Shown piece after piece: positions 12,506 through 23,247 of a stretch of DNA of 64,000 nt; the first letter of the stretch is position 1; the number at the start of each line of letters is the position of its first letter. This DNA is from Macrostomum hystrix (taxonomy: Eukaryota > Animalia > Platyhelminthes): positions 12,338,001 through 12,402,000 of the forward strand of contig CATNEN010000001.1 of NCBI GenBank assembly GCA_950097015.1, written 5' to 3'. The position numbers were made by a program, and so were the translations under genes. The notes beneath the pieces were generated by a model, which saw only the letters and a list, made by a program, of their open reading frames with translations, did no database searches and was not told the DNA's origin.

Positions 12506-13646
12506 CTGCTTTTGTAGAAAATTGAGAAGAACAACAATTAAATGAATATTAGGCAAAATTATTATCATACAAATATATTATGACGTTAAGATAACAAAAT
12601 CAAAATGTAGAGAATTCAAATCAATGACAAGAAAAACTGATTCAAATTCTGTTTTAGCCATGATTCAAACTCTGGTTTAGCCATGCGAAAGTGAATTTAA
12701 AGTTTCCCCTTTATTTTCAAAATTAAATTTAAAAAATCTGCTTCGCATCCATCACTACTGACTGACAATTAGTTTAAATGATTTGACGCAGTGAAGAGTC
12801 GAACCAAGGACACTTCGCCTAGCCTAGCCTAACCTATTCCTAGTGCCTATACACGTCGGCTACTCCGACTGTTGGATTGTGGATGCAAAAATCAGCCTTA
12901 TAAAATGAATTCTCAAAGTTCTGGCTTTGTACAATGAAGTAAGAAAATAGAGTACACTTAGGTTGTGTACATTTATTTCTGTTGTACCTGTGGTAGCGTG
13001 GCTCACACAATTGGCAAAAATAACCAAGACAGGAACTAGATTCCGAGAGAGAGAGTATCCGGCCTCACACTCAGATGCTTCCTAGCAGAAGAACAATCCG
13101 GTAGTCAGGCTTAGACAGCTAAGTTCTCTCGGGACTTCTTCTACTTAGTCCACGTTCTAGCTAAACTCACAGATCTTATGCTAGGTCGGGTGACACACCA
13201 AGCTTCTAAATGCAGTGTGTGACCTAGACCAACAAGAATCGTCTAAGATCTTTAGAGAGCCAAAAGAATGGACACAGAAAGTAATCACAAACTGTTCCGA
13301 GCGGGGTGAAGACTGGAGACAAGAAACGTGCCATATTCATACAGAAATCGTGCTACCATGATAACAATCCCATCTCAAGGATTCGTCGGACTGTGCTCTA
13401 CTTATAGTAGGAGCATTTGAGCGTTGTTATGCCAGTCTTCTTCCGAACTTAAGCGATTGCACCATGGTGTGCAATGTGACTCAGTGCGCAGACAGAGCTG
13501 GAAAGAGAGAGAGAGAGCGGAGGGGGTGGCGAGCGGATGTGACAGTGCACGGGAAACACTAACTACCAACCCTAGCCCTCCCACAGACCTAGAACAGCCT
13601 GACTCACAGATTGCCTGGAGGCTGCTCAGCAGTCTACAGCACATCA

Positions 13647-13657
13647 TTCTCCTCCAG
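13647..13657 (-). promoter_or_regulatory. Polypurine tract
   Basis: Minus strand GGAGGAGAA immediately precedes the 3' LTR. Confidence 0.8.
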
Positions 13658-14082
13658 CTAAAGGATGACGGTCAACACCGGCTGGCCGTCAGCCGCACTT
13701 AAACCAAAAACAGGTAAGCACCTTCTCTTCCTTGTATTTACGCACAACTGTCACACTGAACGAATCGGCCATAAACAGGCACTGCCATCAAATCAAATGT
13801 ATCCATGGCGCATAAATCAACAATCGTACATGGCGCATTAACTGCTGAATAAACAAATATATAAGACAAAAAAAACACACTACAACGGCAACCGTAGGCC
13901 AAGAACATCAATGTGAAAATTAAATGCTCATGGCGCCTAAACAACAGAAACTAGTAAGGACCTTACAAGGCTAAAACAGATAGATCGTACAAAAATCAAC
14001 AAACAAACTAATAATAGCATATGCACGGGAACTAAATATCGGCGCATGCACGAATTGTGGCGCTACTGGATAATCATGCACA

Positions 14083-15000
14083 TTAATAGTAGGCTGACAT
14101 GCGCAGCATGGCCTCTGGCAGCCACCCTCCTTCCACCAGTTCGATCATGACCAGGCCATACCGGGCCACTAGCTGGTGTGGCGTCCTGGCCGGGCCATTG
14201 ATGGCCACCTCAGTCCGCGCTGCTGCCTCCTGAGCCATTTCTCGCCGCGTAGCTCTCTCTTCGTTGGCGAAGGCTCTTTGTACCGCGGCAGGCCAGCCTT
14301 CATCCAGTTGGCCCCGGGCAGCACGTGCCAACGATTCGGCCACGAATTGAGTAGCCGCTTCGCGGTCTGCAGCTCTGCCCTCCCATTGGGCCCGGCGCTG
14401 CCGACGCCGCTGGGCACCTCCTCTACGCCGTCTCGGACGAGCGGCCGCGCCCAAGTCATCTGGGCTCTCTCCTGAAGATGAATCCCGAGGCGGGGACAGC
14501 TCCGCAGCCGGAGGTGCTGCTGGGCCCTCGGCGTCGGACTCGTGGCTGTGGTCCGAGTCGGGGTCTGCCACTCCCTCATCGTCTGAGGGCATTCCTTGCT
14601 GAAGGGCTGCCCACAGATCCTCGCCCGGATCCACCTGCGCCTCGTCTGAGCCGCTGCTCTCGCTGCTCAGGATTGGCCTGCGCGCTTGCGTCGCCGCTTC
14701 CGCAGTATCTGGCACCGCCTGTGTACTTTTGTGCTTTTTGTACACTGGCTCCTGGCTGTTTGCATCTCTAAGTTGTCTCTTCTGGGGCTGCTGTGAACGG
14801 GTTAAAGATGGCATGAATTGACGATGCCAATTCGGCGAGCGCTGACCCAGTGGGAAGGGCGCACTGCGGCCAAATTGGCTCCTTAACAGCTCAACCCGTT
14901 TACTCACCTCCATCGGTGCATCAATCCTGCGTGTCACTCCCAGAAGCCGTGGGCGCGTTGGCACCCTTTCTTCAGGATTTCTATTTTCATCGTTCTCCAT
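14083..15000 (-). CDS. Gypsy ORF3, 305 aa, unknown function (low complexity, basic NLS-like tracts; not Env-like)
   Basis: Intact ATG ORF between pol and the 3' LTR; KKHK and RPRRRR tracts; no signal peptide or TM segment visible. Confidence 0.75.
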   Translation of the reverse strand: MENDENRNPEERVPTRPRLLGVTRRIDAPMEVSKRVELLRSQFGRSAPFPLGQRSPNWHRQFMPSLTRSQQPQKRQLRDANSQEPVYKKHKSTQAVPDTAEAATQARRPILSSESSGSDEAQVDPGEDLWAALQQGMPSDDEGVADPDSDHSHESDAEGPAAPPAAELSPPRDSSSGESPDDLGAAARPRRRRGGAQRRRQRRAQWEGRAADREAATQFVAESLARAARGQLDEGWPAAVQRAFANEERATRREMAQEAAARTEVAINGPARTPHQLVARYGLVMIELVEGGWLPEAMLRMSAYY

Positions 15001-15060
15001 CTTCTTATTTTCTTTGATTATCTTTAAGATTTGCCTTTCACCTCGCTTCGAAGAGGAAAT

Positions 15061-18000
15061 TTACTGAAACATTGTAGGTAGGCCATACATTGCTCTGACA
15101 AAATAGGACTTTCTGCTTGGATCGACCTGCAGCCTTTCCGGCTCTCGCCCAACTCTTTGCGGCCTCTGCTGCGGCTCCTGATCCCTAGCTTCACCTATCT
15201 GAGCAGCCTCACCTACACCTTCGGCCCTAACACTTTCTGCAACTTCCCCGTGCACAGAGGATGGGATAGGGGACAGGGTTGGAGAGGGCAACGGACTGTC
15301 CGACGGCAGGACAACCACATCACCATACGCCTCCCCCGCCTCTTCTCCGTTGCAGATCTCTGGACCGGCCGGTTCGTGGAGATTCGGCCTGGAAACAGCT
15401 CGTGGTCGCAGGTGCCACCTTCGAGCGCTCCACAGGCCGATCTCGTCGTCGTCGTCGTCGTCGTCGTCGCTGTCGGCAGGCTCACCGGCCGCGTCAGCTA
15501 CTGGAGGGCTACCCTTGGGTGGCTTTCCGAGCTTCCGCCTTGCCGGGCTCGCCTCTTCCGTCCTGTCGCATCTTGAGGCCGGTACCGGGAGCAGGTTGCG
15601 CCGGTGGACTACCAGCACCTGCTTCCTGGCCTTCCTGGTGTTGCCGTGTCGCCTGATCTTGTAGACTGTCTCGCCCTTACACTCGAGCACTACGTAGACC
15701 GATTGTCTAGGCCGATGGAATTTGCTGATCTCGCCGGATTCGATCACCGGGTTGTTAAGCAGGACCAGCTGGCCTGGGCGGAGTGGTCTCGCCTGCGGTC
15801 TTTCTTGGTAGTGTTCTTCTCGCAGCACCTGGTACCTCTCGAGCTTGTCCCGGGCACAATTGACCGCCTGGTCTATGCGCTCCTGGAAATGTCGGAGATA
15901 ATCTGGCAAGTCTGCGTACTCGGCCAGCGCAGTCAACGTGTTGTCTACGGGCAGCCGGTACTCCCGTCCGAAGACCAGGAAGTACGGCGTGTACCCGGTC
16001 ACAGGGTGGACACTAGTGCGCAACGCGATTAAGCACGCGGGCAGCATCAGGTCCCAATCCTTGTGATCCTTTTCCAACAAGCACGTGAGCACTGACTTGA
16101 TTTGGCGATTCAGGTTTTCGACCTGGCCATTGCTGGCCGGGTTATAGGGACACGTGTGCGTGTGGCGGATGCCATACAGCTTGCAGAAGTCCTCAAACTC
16201 TGCACTCATGAAGTTCGTCCCCTGGTCCGTGTGCAGCCAGGCTGGTGCACCGTACTCGGGAATGAACCTATCCAGCAGCAGTTTGATCACGGTTTTCGTC
16301 TTCTGGTTTCGCATCGGATAGGCAAACGGGTACTTCGATGTTGCATCACACAGGGTGAGGATGTACCGATGTCCTCGGGCACTTGGTTGAGACAAAGGCC
16401 CGATTACGTCGGCGTGCACCCTTCCCAAAACCTCACACACTGGATAGCTCTGCGGTGGGACTACCTCCTTCCGCCTTGACTTGCTCTCCAGGCATGTCCT
16501 GCAACGTGCCACGTACCCCGTCGCCTCCGACCAGAGACCGGGTCTCCAGAACCTGTCTCTCACTCTCTGCACCGTCTTGGACTGGCCGAGATGACCCGCC
16601 AAGGGCGAATCATGCAAAGCCTCAAAGACGCGCGAGTCTAACGCTTTCGGTAGCACTGGTCGCGGCGGCCGGTTGTCATCAAAGTCTATGACGAGCAACC
16701 CGTCGCGCACCTCCAGCTCCTCAAACGCACCCAGGAGGTCTCTGACCTCCTTCGGCATCTGGAGTCGCTGATCGAACCTGGGCTTGTCCCTTCCTGACAG
16801 CTTCAGTTCCGTCAGGTATCGGATTGCCGGGTCTTGGTGCTGAGCTTCTAGCAACTCAACCTGGCTAACCGGCACCTTCAGGAACTCTGTCACCACTGCT
16901 CTTACCGGAGGCAGCTCTCCATTGTCCTTGTCCTCCTTGTCCTTGGACCCAGGAGCCCTGGCAGCAGGGGGTGTCCTTGACAGGCGAGACTGGTCGCAAC
17001 GAGTCTGACAATTCCCCTCCACCTCTGCTCCCTGTCCCACGGAGAGTCCAACAGTCGGCAGGCAGGACTGGCTGCAACGAGCTAACTGCTGATCCTCCTG
17101 ACCCGAGGACCTTGACACAGCGGGATCAGTCGCTCGCAGGCAGGACTGGCTGCAACGAGCCAGCGACTTCTCCCCTGTTTCCGAGAACTCCTCAACAGCA
17201 GGATTCGGTGTCTGCAGGCAGGACTGGCTGCAACGAGCGGACACCTCCTCCTCTGTCTCCGGACACACCAGAGGCTCTGGATCCGGCGCCTGCAGGCAGG
17301 ACTGGCTGCAACGAGCGGGCACCTTCTCCTTCACCTCTGAGCCTTCCGCCACCACCTGAGTTTGCACCTGTGCCTTGGCATCACAGCCCCGCACCCAGTG
17401 CTCCTCCCTTGTGGCTCCCTGGCTCCAGCTACCTTCAGTAGCTACCGTCTGCACGGCGGCATCCACAGTCTGCAGGCAGAACTGGCTGCAACGAGCTGAC
17501 TGCGGGGCCCCGTTGACAGGTGCTTCCCGCCTCACAGGCTGGCCTGCGGTCGTGTCTTCCTGACACCCTTGCAGCACCGCCTTATCTTGGCGCACCTCGA
17601 CAGGCTCCAGGACCGGCTCTTCCACCAGTCCTTCAGACACAGCTGCTTCCCATCCTGGTCGGCCGTCAATGACACCTTGAGCCTTGGGTTTCACAGCTCG
17701 CAGTGGCTCTGCGGCTTCGTTGACTTCAACCTGTTTATCGTCCCTTTCCTGTCCCTCCTCCAGCTGACTCGAAACTTGGCGGGTGCAAGCACTCGCACCG
17801 AACTGGTTGTGGGGTGTCACCACCCCAAAAGAACAATTCACCGGATTATCCGGCTTTCTCGACATCGAGTCAGCATTTTGGTGAGACTTTCCAGGACGAT
17901 GAACAATGGTGAAGTCAAACTCACTCATTCTCTCAACCCAACGGCCTAAGATGCCTGTCGCCTCGGTCTGATGCATGAGCCACAGCAGGGCCTTGTGATC

Positions 18001-20178
18001 GGACCGGACAACAAACTTCTTGCCAACCAGGAAGTACCGGAAATGCCGCATCGCATCTACGACTGCCAGCAATTCTTTGCGGGTCGTAGTGTAGCGGGTC
18101 TCCGGCCCTCGCAGCTTCCGGCTGTAGTAGCCAACAGGCCTTTCTACTCCATCAGACTGCAGCTGATTCAAACAAGCCCCTATGCGGTCATCAGAGGCGT
18201 CTGTGTCCAGGACGAAAGTCACCTTCGGGTCAGAGGTGTACTCCGGGTACGCCAGTACCTCCGTTGAGCACAACGCATCCTTCAATCCCTGAAAGGCTCT
18301 CTCATGCTCTGTCTTCCACAGACCCTTCAAGCTGGTAACGTCCCGCTTAGTGAGCTCGTGCAATGGTGCTGCAATCCCTGAGTAATTGCGGACGAACTTC
18401 TTGTAGTACTGTGCCAACCCCAAGAAGCTGCGCAATTCTTTGGCGCTTCGAGGTGTCGGCCAGCCTCTGAGCTCGGCGATCTTATCCTCGTTCGTCAGGA
18501 TGCCTTCTGGTGTCACCACATGGCCTAAGTAGTGCAGCTCCCTCTTGAACAGGTGGCACTTCTTCGGCTTCAGCTTGAACTGGGCTTCACGGATTCGAGT
18601 CAGCATCATCCTCAGATGCTCCAAATGGTCGTCAAAGGTAGGCGAGTGGACGAGTATATCATCGATATACCCCAACGCTACCTTTGGCGTCAGCCCCTCC
18701 AGCAGCTTGTTGATACAGCGCTGAAAAGACCCTGCCGAATCCGTCATGCCCATCGGCAACACAGTAAACTCAAACTGACCTCTGTGGTGAACCGAGAACG
18801 CGGTCAGGTGTCTATCCTGCTCTCTCAGCGGGATCTGCCAGAAACCTTGTGCAAGATCGAGGGCGGAATAGTACTGCGCCCCTCTCAAATGCTCAAAGGT
18901 CTGCTGAATGTCTGGCAGCGGATAGACGTGCTTCAGGCAGCGGCTATTCAACTCGCGATAGTCTAAGACAATCCTGATAGTCTTGTCTTTCTTCGGGACA
19001 ATCAGGAGAGGCGTGTTGTAGCTGGAGAATGTCGGCTTGATGATGCCTTTCGCCAACATCTCATCCAGCATCTTGTCCAACTGTTCCATCAAGTGAGGCG
19101 GGATCCTCCTCGGTGGAATGCGAACTGGAGTGGGATCTGTCACAATGATCTCATGAGTGACTAAGTCAGTGACACCATGGTCCAGGGGATGCATTGCGAA
19201 TGCCTCGCGGCACTCTCTCAACATCTCCTTAACCCGATGCCTCTGCTCCTCGGTCAACCTCTCACAAATCTCCACCTCCTCTAGCCATGCCTCATCGCTC
19301 TCCAGCCCTTCTGCCTGAACCTGCCTGACCGGCGTCTCCTCTAGCTCTGGTAGGTATTCCAGTTCGTCTGCCTTCAATGGCCTCGCTAGCCCTACAAGTC
19401 CATTGCGTCGAATGACCGCCGGGAAGCAAGAGGTATTGAGGACTTCAACACACCCTGTCCCGTCAGCCATCGTCAGCAATGTCGGGGCCATCTCGACCTG
19501 AGACGCCCCTGACTTCAGTCCTGACCTCAAGGACTCAACAAGCAGCGGCGTGCCGTGACAGTCAGTCCGGCCACCCGCTAGCTTCACCGCTACGAGCATC
19601 GAAGAGCGCGCTGGCACAGTGGTCTGCTCGAGTGAGTAAACCCGACTGGCCCTCGCCTCTCGCCTCGTGAACCTCAGCGGTACTTTCGTTCCTGACTTCA
19701 TGGTCAGCATTCCCTTCGGAAAGTCAATCTTCTGGGTGTGCTGGCGCATGAAATCAATTCCTAGGATGTTCTCGTGCTCGCCCTTCGTCACGCAGAACTC
19801 GACGTCTACAGCGTAGTCGCCGAGCCTGACCTCAAAGGCGACTCGCCCTAAAACCGGCAATCGAGAACCATCAAAGTTGCACAGGGCACTCTCTCCTGTC
19901 AGCACAGCGTGCGGCACTACATGCCGCAGAGATGCCCACGTCTCACTTCCAATCAGACAGCGCCTGCTCCCTGAGTCTAGGAGAAAAGGCACCGTCTTCT
20001 TGGAAACCATCGCCGTCACATAGGGGTCAGCGTTGGAGGCATACCAACGCTCGAGGAAGCTGGTGCTAGGAGAGCCCCTACCCTCTCCTCCAGCTGACTC
20101 CTCAGTCTCCCTCAGGCCCGTCCAGGAACTGGACTGCGAGGGGCACTGCCGTCCGTGCTCCTCGCCGTCCCGTTTCCC
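15061..20178 (-). CDS. pol: Gypsy Pol (PR-RT-RNaseH-insert-IN), expressed by -1 frameshift
   Basis: LLDSGS protease; LDLAQGFWQI and YIDD RT; LDTDAS and ELLAVV RNase H; HHCC plus DVIGP/TDQG/ENLN integrase; ORF track 15061-20295. Confidence 0.97.
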   Translation of the reverse strand, partial: GKRDGEEHGRQCPSQSSSWTGLRETEESAGGEGRGSPSTSFLERWYASNADPYVTAMVSKKTVPFLLDSGSRRCLIGSETWASLRHVVPHAVLTGESALCNFDGSRLPVLGRVAFEVRLGDYAVDVEFCVTKGEHENILGIDFMRQHTQKIDFPKGMLTMKSGTKVPLRFTRREARASRVYSLEQTTVPARSSMLVAVKLAGGRTDCHGTPLLVESLRSGLKSGASQVEMAPTLLTMADGTGCVEVLNTSCFPAVIRRNGLVGLARPLKADELEYLPELEETPVRQVQAEGLESDEAWLEEVEICERLTEEQRHRVKEMLRECREAFAMHPLDHGVTDLVTHEIIVTDPTPVRIPPRRIPPHLMEQLDKMLDEMLAKGIIKPTFSSYNTPLLIVPKKDKTIRIVLDYRELNSRCLKHVYPLPDIQQTFEHLRGAQYYSALDLAQGFWQIPLREQDRHLTAFSVHHRGQFEFTVLPMGMTDSAGSFQRCINKLLEGLTPKVALGYIDDILVHSPTFDDHLEHLRMMLTRIREAQFKLKPKKCHLFKRELHYLGHVVTPEGILTNEDKIAELRGWPTPRSAKELRSFLGLAQYYKKFVRNYSGIAAPLHELTKRDVTSLKGLWKTEHERAFQGLKDALCSTEVLAYPEYTSDPKVTFVLDTDASDDRIGACLNQLQSDGVERPVGYYSRKLRGPETRYTTTRKELLAVVDAMRHFRYFLVGKKFVVRSDHKALLWLMHQTEATGILGRWVERMSEFDFTIVHRPGKSHQNADSMSRKPDNPVNCSFGVVTPHNQFGASACTRQVSSQLEEGQERDDKQVEVNEAAEPLRAVKPKAQGVIDGRPGWEAAVSEGLVEEPVLEPVEVRQDKAVLQGCQEDTTAGQPVRREAPVNGAPQSARCSQFCLQTVDAAVQTVATEGSWSQGATREEHWVRGCDAKAQVQTQVVAEGSEVKEKVPARCSQSCLQAPDPEPLVCPETEEEVSARCSQSCLQTPNPAVEEFSETGEKSLARCSQSCLRATDPAVSRSSGQEDQQLARCSQSCLPTVGLSVGQGAEVEGNCQTRCDQSRLSRTPPAARAPGSKDKEDKDNGELPPVRAVVTEFLKVPVSQVELLEAQHQDPAIRYLTELKLSGRDKPRFDQRLQMPKEVRDLLGAFEELEVRDGLLVIDFDDNRPPRPVLPKALDSRVFEALHDSPLAGHLGQSKTVQRVRDRFWRPGLWSEATGYVARCRTCLESKSRRKEVVPPQSYPVCEVLGRVHADVIGPLSQPSARGHRYILTLCDATSKYPFAYPMRNQKTKTVIKLLLDRFIPEYGAPAWLHTDQGTNFMSAEFEDFCKLYGIRHTHTCPYNPASNGQVENLNRQIKSVLTCLLEKDHKDWDLMLPACLIALRTSVHPVTGYTPYFLVFGREYRLPVDNTLTALAEYADLPDYLRHFQERIDQAVNCARDKLERYQVLREEHYQERPQARPLRPGQLVLLNNPVIESGEISKFHRPRQSVYVVLECKGETVYKIRRHGNTRKARKQVLVVHRRNLLPVPASRCDRTEEASPARRKLGKPPKGSPPVADAAGEPADSDDDDDDDDEIGLWSARRWHLRPRAVSRPNLHEPAGPEICNGEEAGEAYGDVVVLPSDSPLPSPTLSPIPSSVHGEVAESVRAEGVGEAAQIGEARDQEPQQRPQRVGREPERLQVDPSRKSYFVRAMYGLPTMFQ

Positions 20179-21401
20179 GAAGTCTGAGTGCCTTGGGCCT
20201 GCAGCTCGGACTGCTGCCTGGGCTCTTGCCGTTGCTCTCTCGGGTACCCCCGAGTGTGGTGCTCGTAACGCGGCTTGGGTGGCCTCGTCGGGCAATCACG
20301 CCTCAGGTGTCCGAACTTCCCGCAACCAAAGCATGCCCCTCTTGGCGGCGCCGGTCCTTCCTGCTGCACGGCTCCTTGTGGTCGGCTGAGCGCCTGGACC
20401 AGCATCTCCTGCATCTTCTGCTGATGCTGCAGCTGCTGGCCCTGGACCTCGACCATCTTGGTCATCAGCGATTCGAGTCCCTTCAGCGCAGCGGTAACAC
20501 CTTGCGGTGGCGGCCGTGCATTCAGGTCCCCATACTCGCCGTGCACCATCCGAGCCGGCCCATCCTTCGCCCTCTGGACTGCCTCGTCGACCACCTCTAG
20601 GCGCTTTAACTCTCGCCTAGCTTCCAGGAGTGTCCTAGGGCGAGTCCGCAGCAGGTGCTTGCGGTTCTCAACCGAAGTCCGAACTCCCTTAATAAACTGG
20701 TCGACCAACTCATAGTCCAAATCTCTTTGGCGAAGGTTGGTATAGGCCTGCTCGCCGAGTCCCTGCAACGCATCAGCATAATCATCCAGCGTTTCCGCTT
20801 TCTTCTGATAGCGATTGCGGAACTCGTCTCGGTACTCCTCAGGGCTACTCAGCGGCGCGAATCGCTCCACAATACGCTCCTTGAACTGGGCATACGTGAG
20901 CTCTTCGGGCAGCTTCATCCTGAGGACGGCATTCAGGCACTGTACATCGAGGTGGTCGAGTAGAAGGGCCTTGCGTGTCTCCGAACTGCGAATCGCAGCC
21001 CGGGCGCAATACGCTTCAAACGCGTCCACCCACAGATGCACGTCCTGACCCCGAGAAAACTTGGCAATCTTCGCCGTCCTACCTTGTTGTTGTTCCACCT
21101 GCTTCTCCATCAGGTTGAGCATCCGGTACACCAGGTCAGCCGTCGCCCTGTCGTCCAGCCTCGGTCGTCGTCGCCTTGCTGCCGCTGCCGCTGCGTCCCG
21201 GTCGTCGTCCTCGCCGCCAGACTGGTCGTCGTCGCCGAAGTCGCTCTCGCCGTCCTCGCCGTCGCCGACACAGCCGTTGCCGCGGCCGTTCCACCGACTC
21301 CTGCCAGCAGCTTCCTGCAGCGCACAGCCACCGCGAGACTCCAAGCTCCGGGCTACCTGCTGCCTCTCTTCCCTCTCAGAATCCAATTCCTCTTGGGACA
21401 T
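20112..21401 (-). CDS. gag: Gypsy Gag with CCHC zinc knuckle
   Basis: CFGCGKFGHLRRDC; capsid-like QKKAETLDDYA...LVDQFIKG. Confidence 0.95.
   Translation of the reverse strand: MSQEELDSEREERQQVARSLESRGGCALQEAAGRSRWNGRGNGCVGDGEDGESDFGDDDQSGGEDDDRDAAAAAARRRRPRLDDRATADLVYRMLNLMEKQVEQQQGRTAKIAKFSRGQDVHLWVDAFEAYCARAAIRSSETRKALLLDHLDVQCLNAVLRMKLPEELTYAQFKERIVERFAPLSSPEEYRDEFRNRYQKKAETLDDYADALQGLGEQAYTNLRQRDLDYELVDQFIKGVRTSVENRKHLLRTRPRTLLEARRELKRLEVVDEAVQRAKDGPARMVHGEYGDLNARPPPQGVTAALKGLESLMTKMVEVQGQQLQHQQKMQEMLVQALSRPQGAVQQEGPAPPRGACFGCGKFGHLRRDCPTRPPKPRYEHHTRGYPREQRQEPRQQSELQAQGTQTSGNGTARSTDGSAPRSPVPGRA
20120..20178 (-). promoter_or_regulatory. -1 ribosomal frameshift signal (G GGA AAC plus downstream stem-loop or pseudoknot)
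   Basis: Slippery heptamer at 20172-20178 in the gag frame (S-G-N), pol in the -1 frame (F-G-K-R); GCGAGG-A-GCAC/GTGC-C-CCTCGC stem begins 6 nt downstream. Confidence 0.85.
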
Positions 21402-21440
21402 GGCGTTCGTTTCCGCAGTGAATGAGTAAAAAGGCTAACT

Positions 21441-21463
21441 CGAATCACACCGCTTTGCCACCA
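21441..21463 (-). promoter_or_regulatory. Primer-binding site, tRNA-Leu-like
   Basis: TGGTGGCA(AA)GCGGTGTGATTCG one base after the 5' LTR; resembles the complement of the tRNA-Leu 3' end (TGGTGGCAGCGGTGGGATTCG). Confidence 0.7.
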
Positions 21464-23247
21464 ATGTTGTACCTGTGGTAGCGTGGCACACACAATTGGC
21501 AAAAATAACCAAGACAGGAACTAGATTCCGAGAGAGAGAGTATCCGGCCTCACACTCAGATGCTTCCTAGCAGAAGAACAATCCGGTAGTCAGGCTTAGA
21601 CAGCTAAGTTCTCTCGGGACTTCTTCTACTTAGTCCACGTTCTAGCTAAACTCACAGATCTTATGCTAGGTCGGGTGACACACCAAGCTTCTAAATGCAG
21701 TGTGTGACCTAGACCAACAAGAATCGTCTAAGATCTTTAGAGAGCCAAAAGAATGGACACAGAAAGTAATCACAAACTGTTCCGAGCGGGGTGAAGACTG
21801 GAGACAAGAAACGTGCCATATTCATACAGAAATCGTGCTACCATGATAACAATCCCATCTCAAGGATTCGTCGGACTGTGCTCTACTTATAGTAGGAGCA
21901 TTTGAGCGTTGTTATGCCAGTCTTCTTCCGAACTTAAGCGATTGCACCATGGTGTGCAATGTGACTCAGTGCGCAGACAGAGCTGGAAAGAGAGAGAGAG
22001 AGCGGAGGGGGTGGCGAGCGGATGTGACAGTGCACGGGAAACACTAACTACCAACCCTAGCCCTCCCACAGACCTAGAACAGCCTGACTCACAGATTGCC
22101 TGGAGGCTGCTCAGCAGTCTACAGCACATCATTTCAAATTTGTGTCCAGATCGTGCGGGCTTCTTACTCAGTTAGCTAGGGCGTGTTGCGCAAGTTGACG
22201 ATCCAATTCCAATTCAGCGGCAGTCAGGGAATGAAATTCTCAATAGGTCAAGATGGTTTCACATTTGATAATGTGGGCAAAAATCTTGTTTTTCGAACTT
22301 TTATCCCATTTAGAATGAAGCAATGTCTTAGTAAAATTACGTGTACCAGCGCGCAAACAATACGCATCGAATGTAGAAAACCCCACGAAATTCGGTCCAC
22401 GCAGTGTCAAGTTAATCCAAGGTTCCTATATATAGTTTTGAATTTTAGTATATTGGAAAAAATTAAACACATTTAGAAATCTGTTAGACACATTTAGAAA
22501 CATGTTGAACACATTTAGAAACCTGTTGGACACATCCAAAAAGCTTTTGACACTTTCCTCTATTTATATTGAGACAAGGTTTGATGATTTATATATATTG
22601 TAGTAAGAAAGGAGTAGATGTCTCTCTTGAATTTGGCTATATATCGTTGAATTGAAGTCTGTTATGCACATTTTACCTATTCAAATCGAACACACTCATA
22701 TGGGTGAAAAAAGCTGTGATGTTATCTATTTATAAATTTGCATGACTGTCTCGCCAGTGGGGTTGACACAGCTATGTACATTTGACACAGTGAAATTCTT
22801 ATCAGTGTACTCACTTTTAACAAAACTGGCCCTGATGCAATCATTAAAATTGGCAGTGGTATGCACGTTGACAAAACTGGCTCTGATGTAATGCAATAAA
22901 AATCCTATCTAAAACAGTTTTTCGAGTATTTAATCCCCTTAGCAATAAAGTAAAGCTTAACAAAAATACGTGCATAGTTGTTCCCATATTTGGCATCTTT
23001 TGGTGAAAAAATGGTGAAAATGGTGAAAACTTCGTGAGAAAGTCAATTACAAGCAACCAACCAACCATTTCATTTTTAGTATATAAGATACTATTGGTAC
23101 GGTGAGAATTTCTTTAGCATCAGTCAGGGAAGTCTGACAGCTCCGATGCACAAGGCTTAGGCTGTATTGAGACTGCTTTTCTGACATGTCTTTGCTTGAA
23201 AGAATTGTCTGGCTTCGATTTAGATCAGTCAGAGAAGTCTGACAGCT

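Larger units (their letters stand above)
12980..22131 (-). mobile_element. Full-length Ty3/Gypsy LTR retrotransposon, very recent
   Basis: 667-bp LTRs (12980-13646, 21465-22131) with one mismatch seen; TG...CA ends; TSD TTTC (12976-12979, 22132-22135); PBS, PPT, intact gag and pol. Confidence 0.97.

Noticed and set aside
14083-15000. env gene
   Set aside because: No signal peptide, TM anchor or Cys pattern.
15157-21429. Numerous plus-strand ORFs antisense to gag/pol (also antisense to the hAT transposase)
   Set aside because: Shadow frames of GC-rich coding sequence; no motifs.
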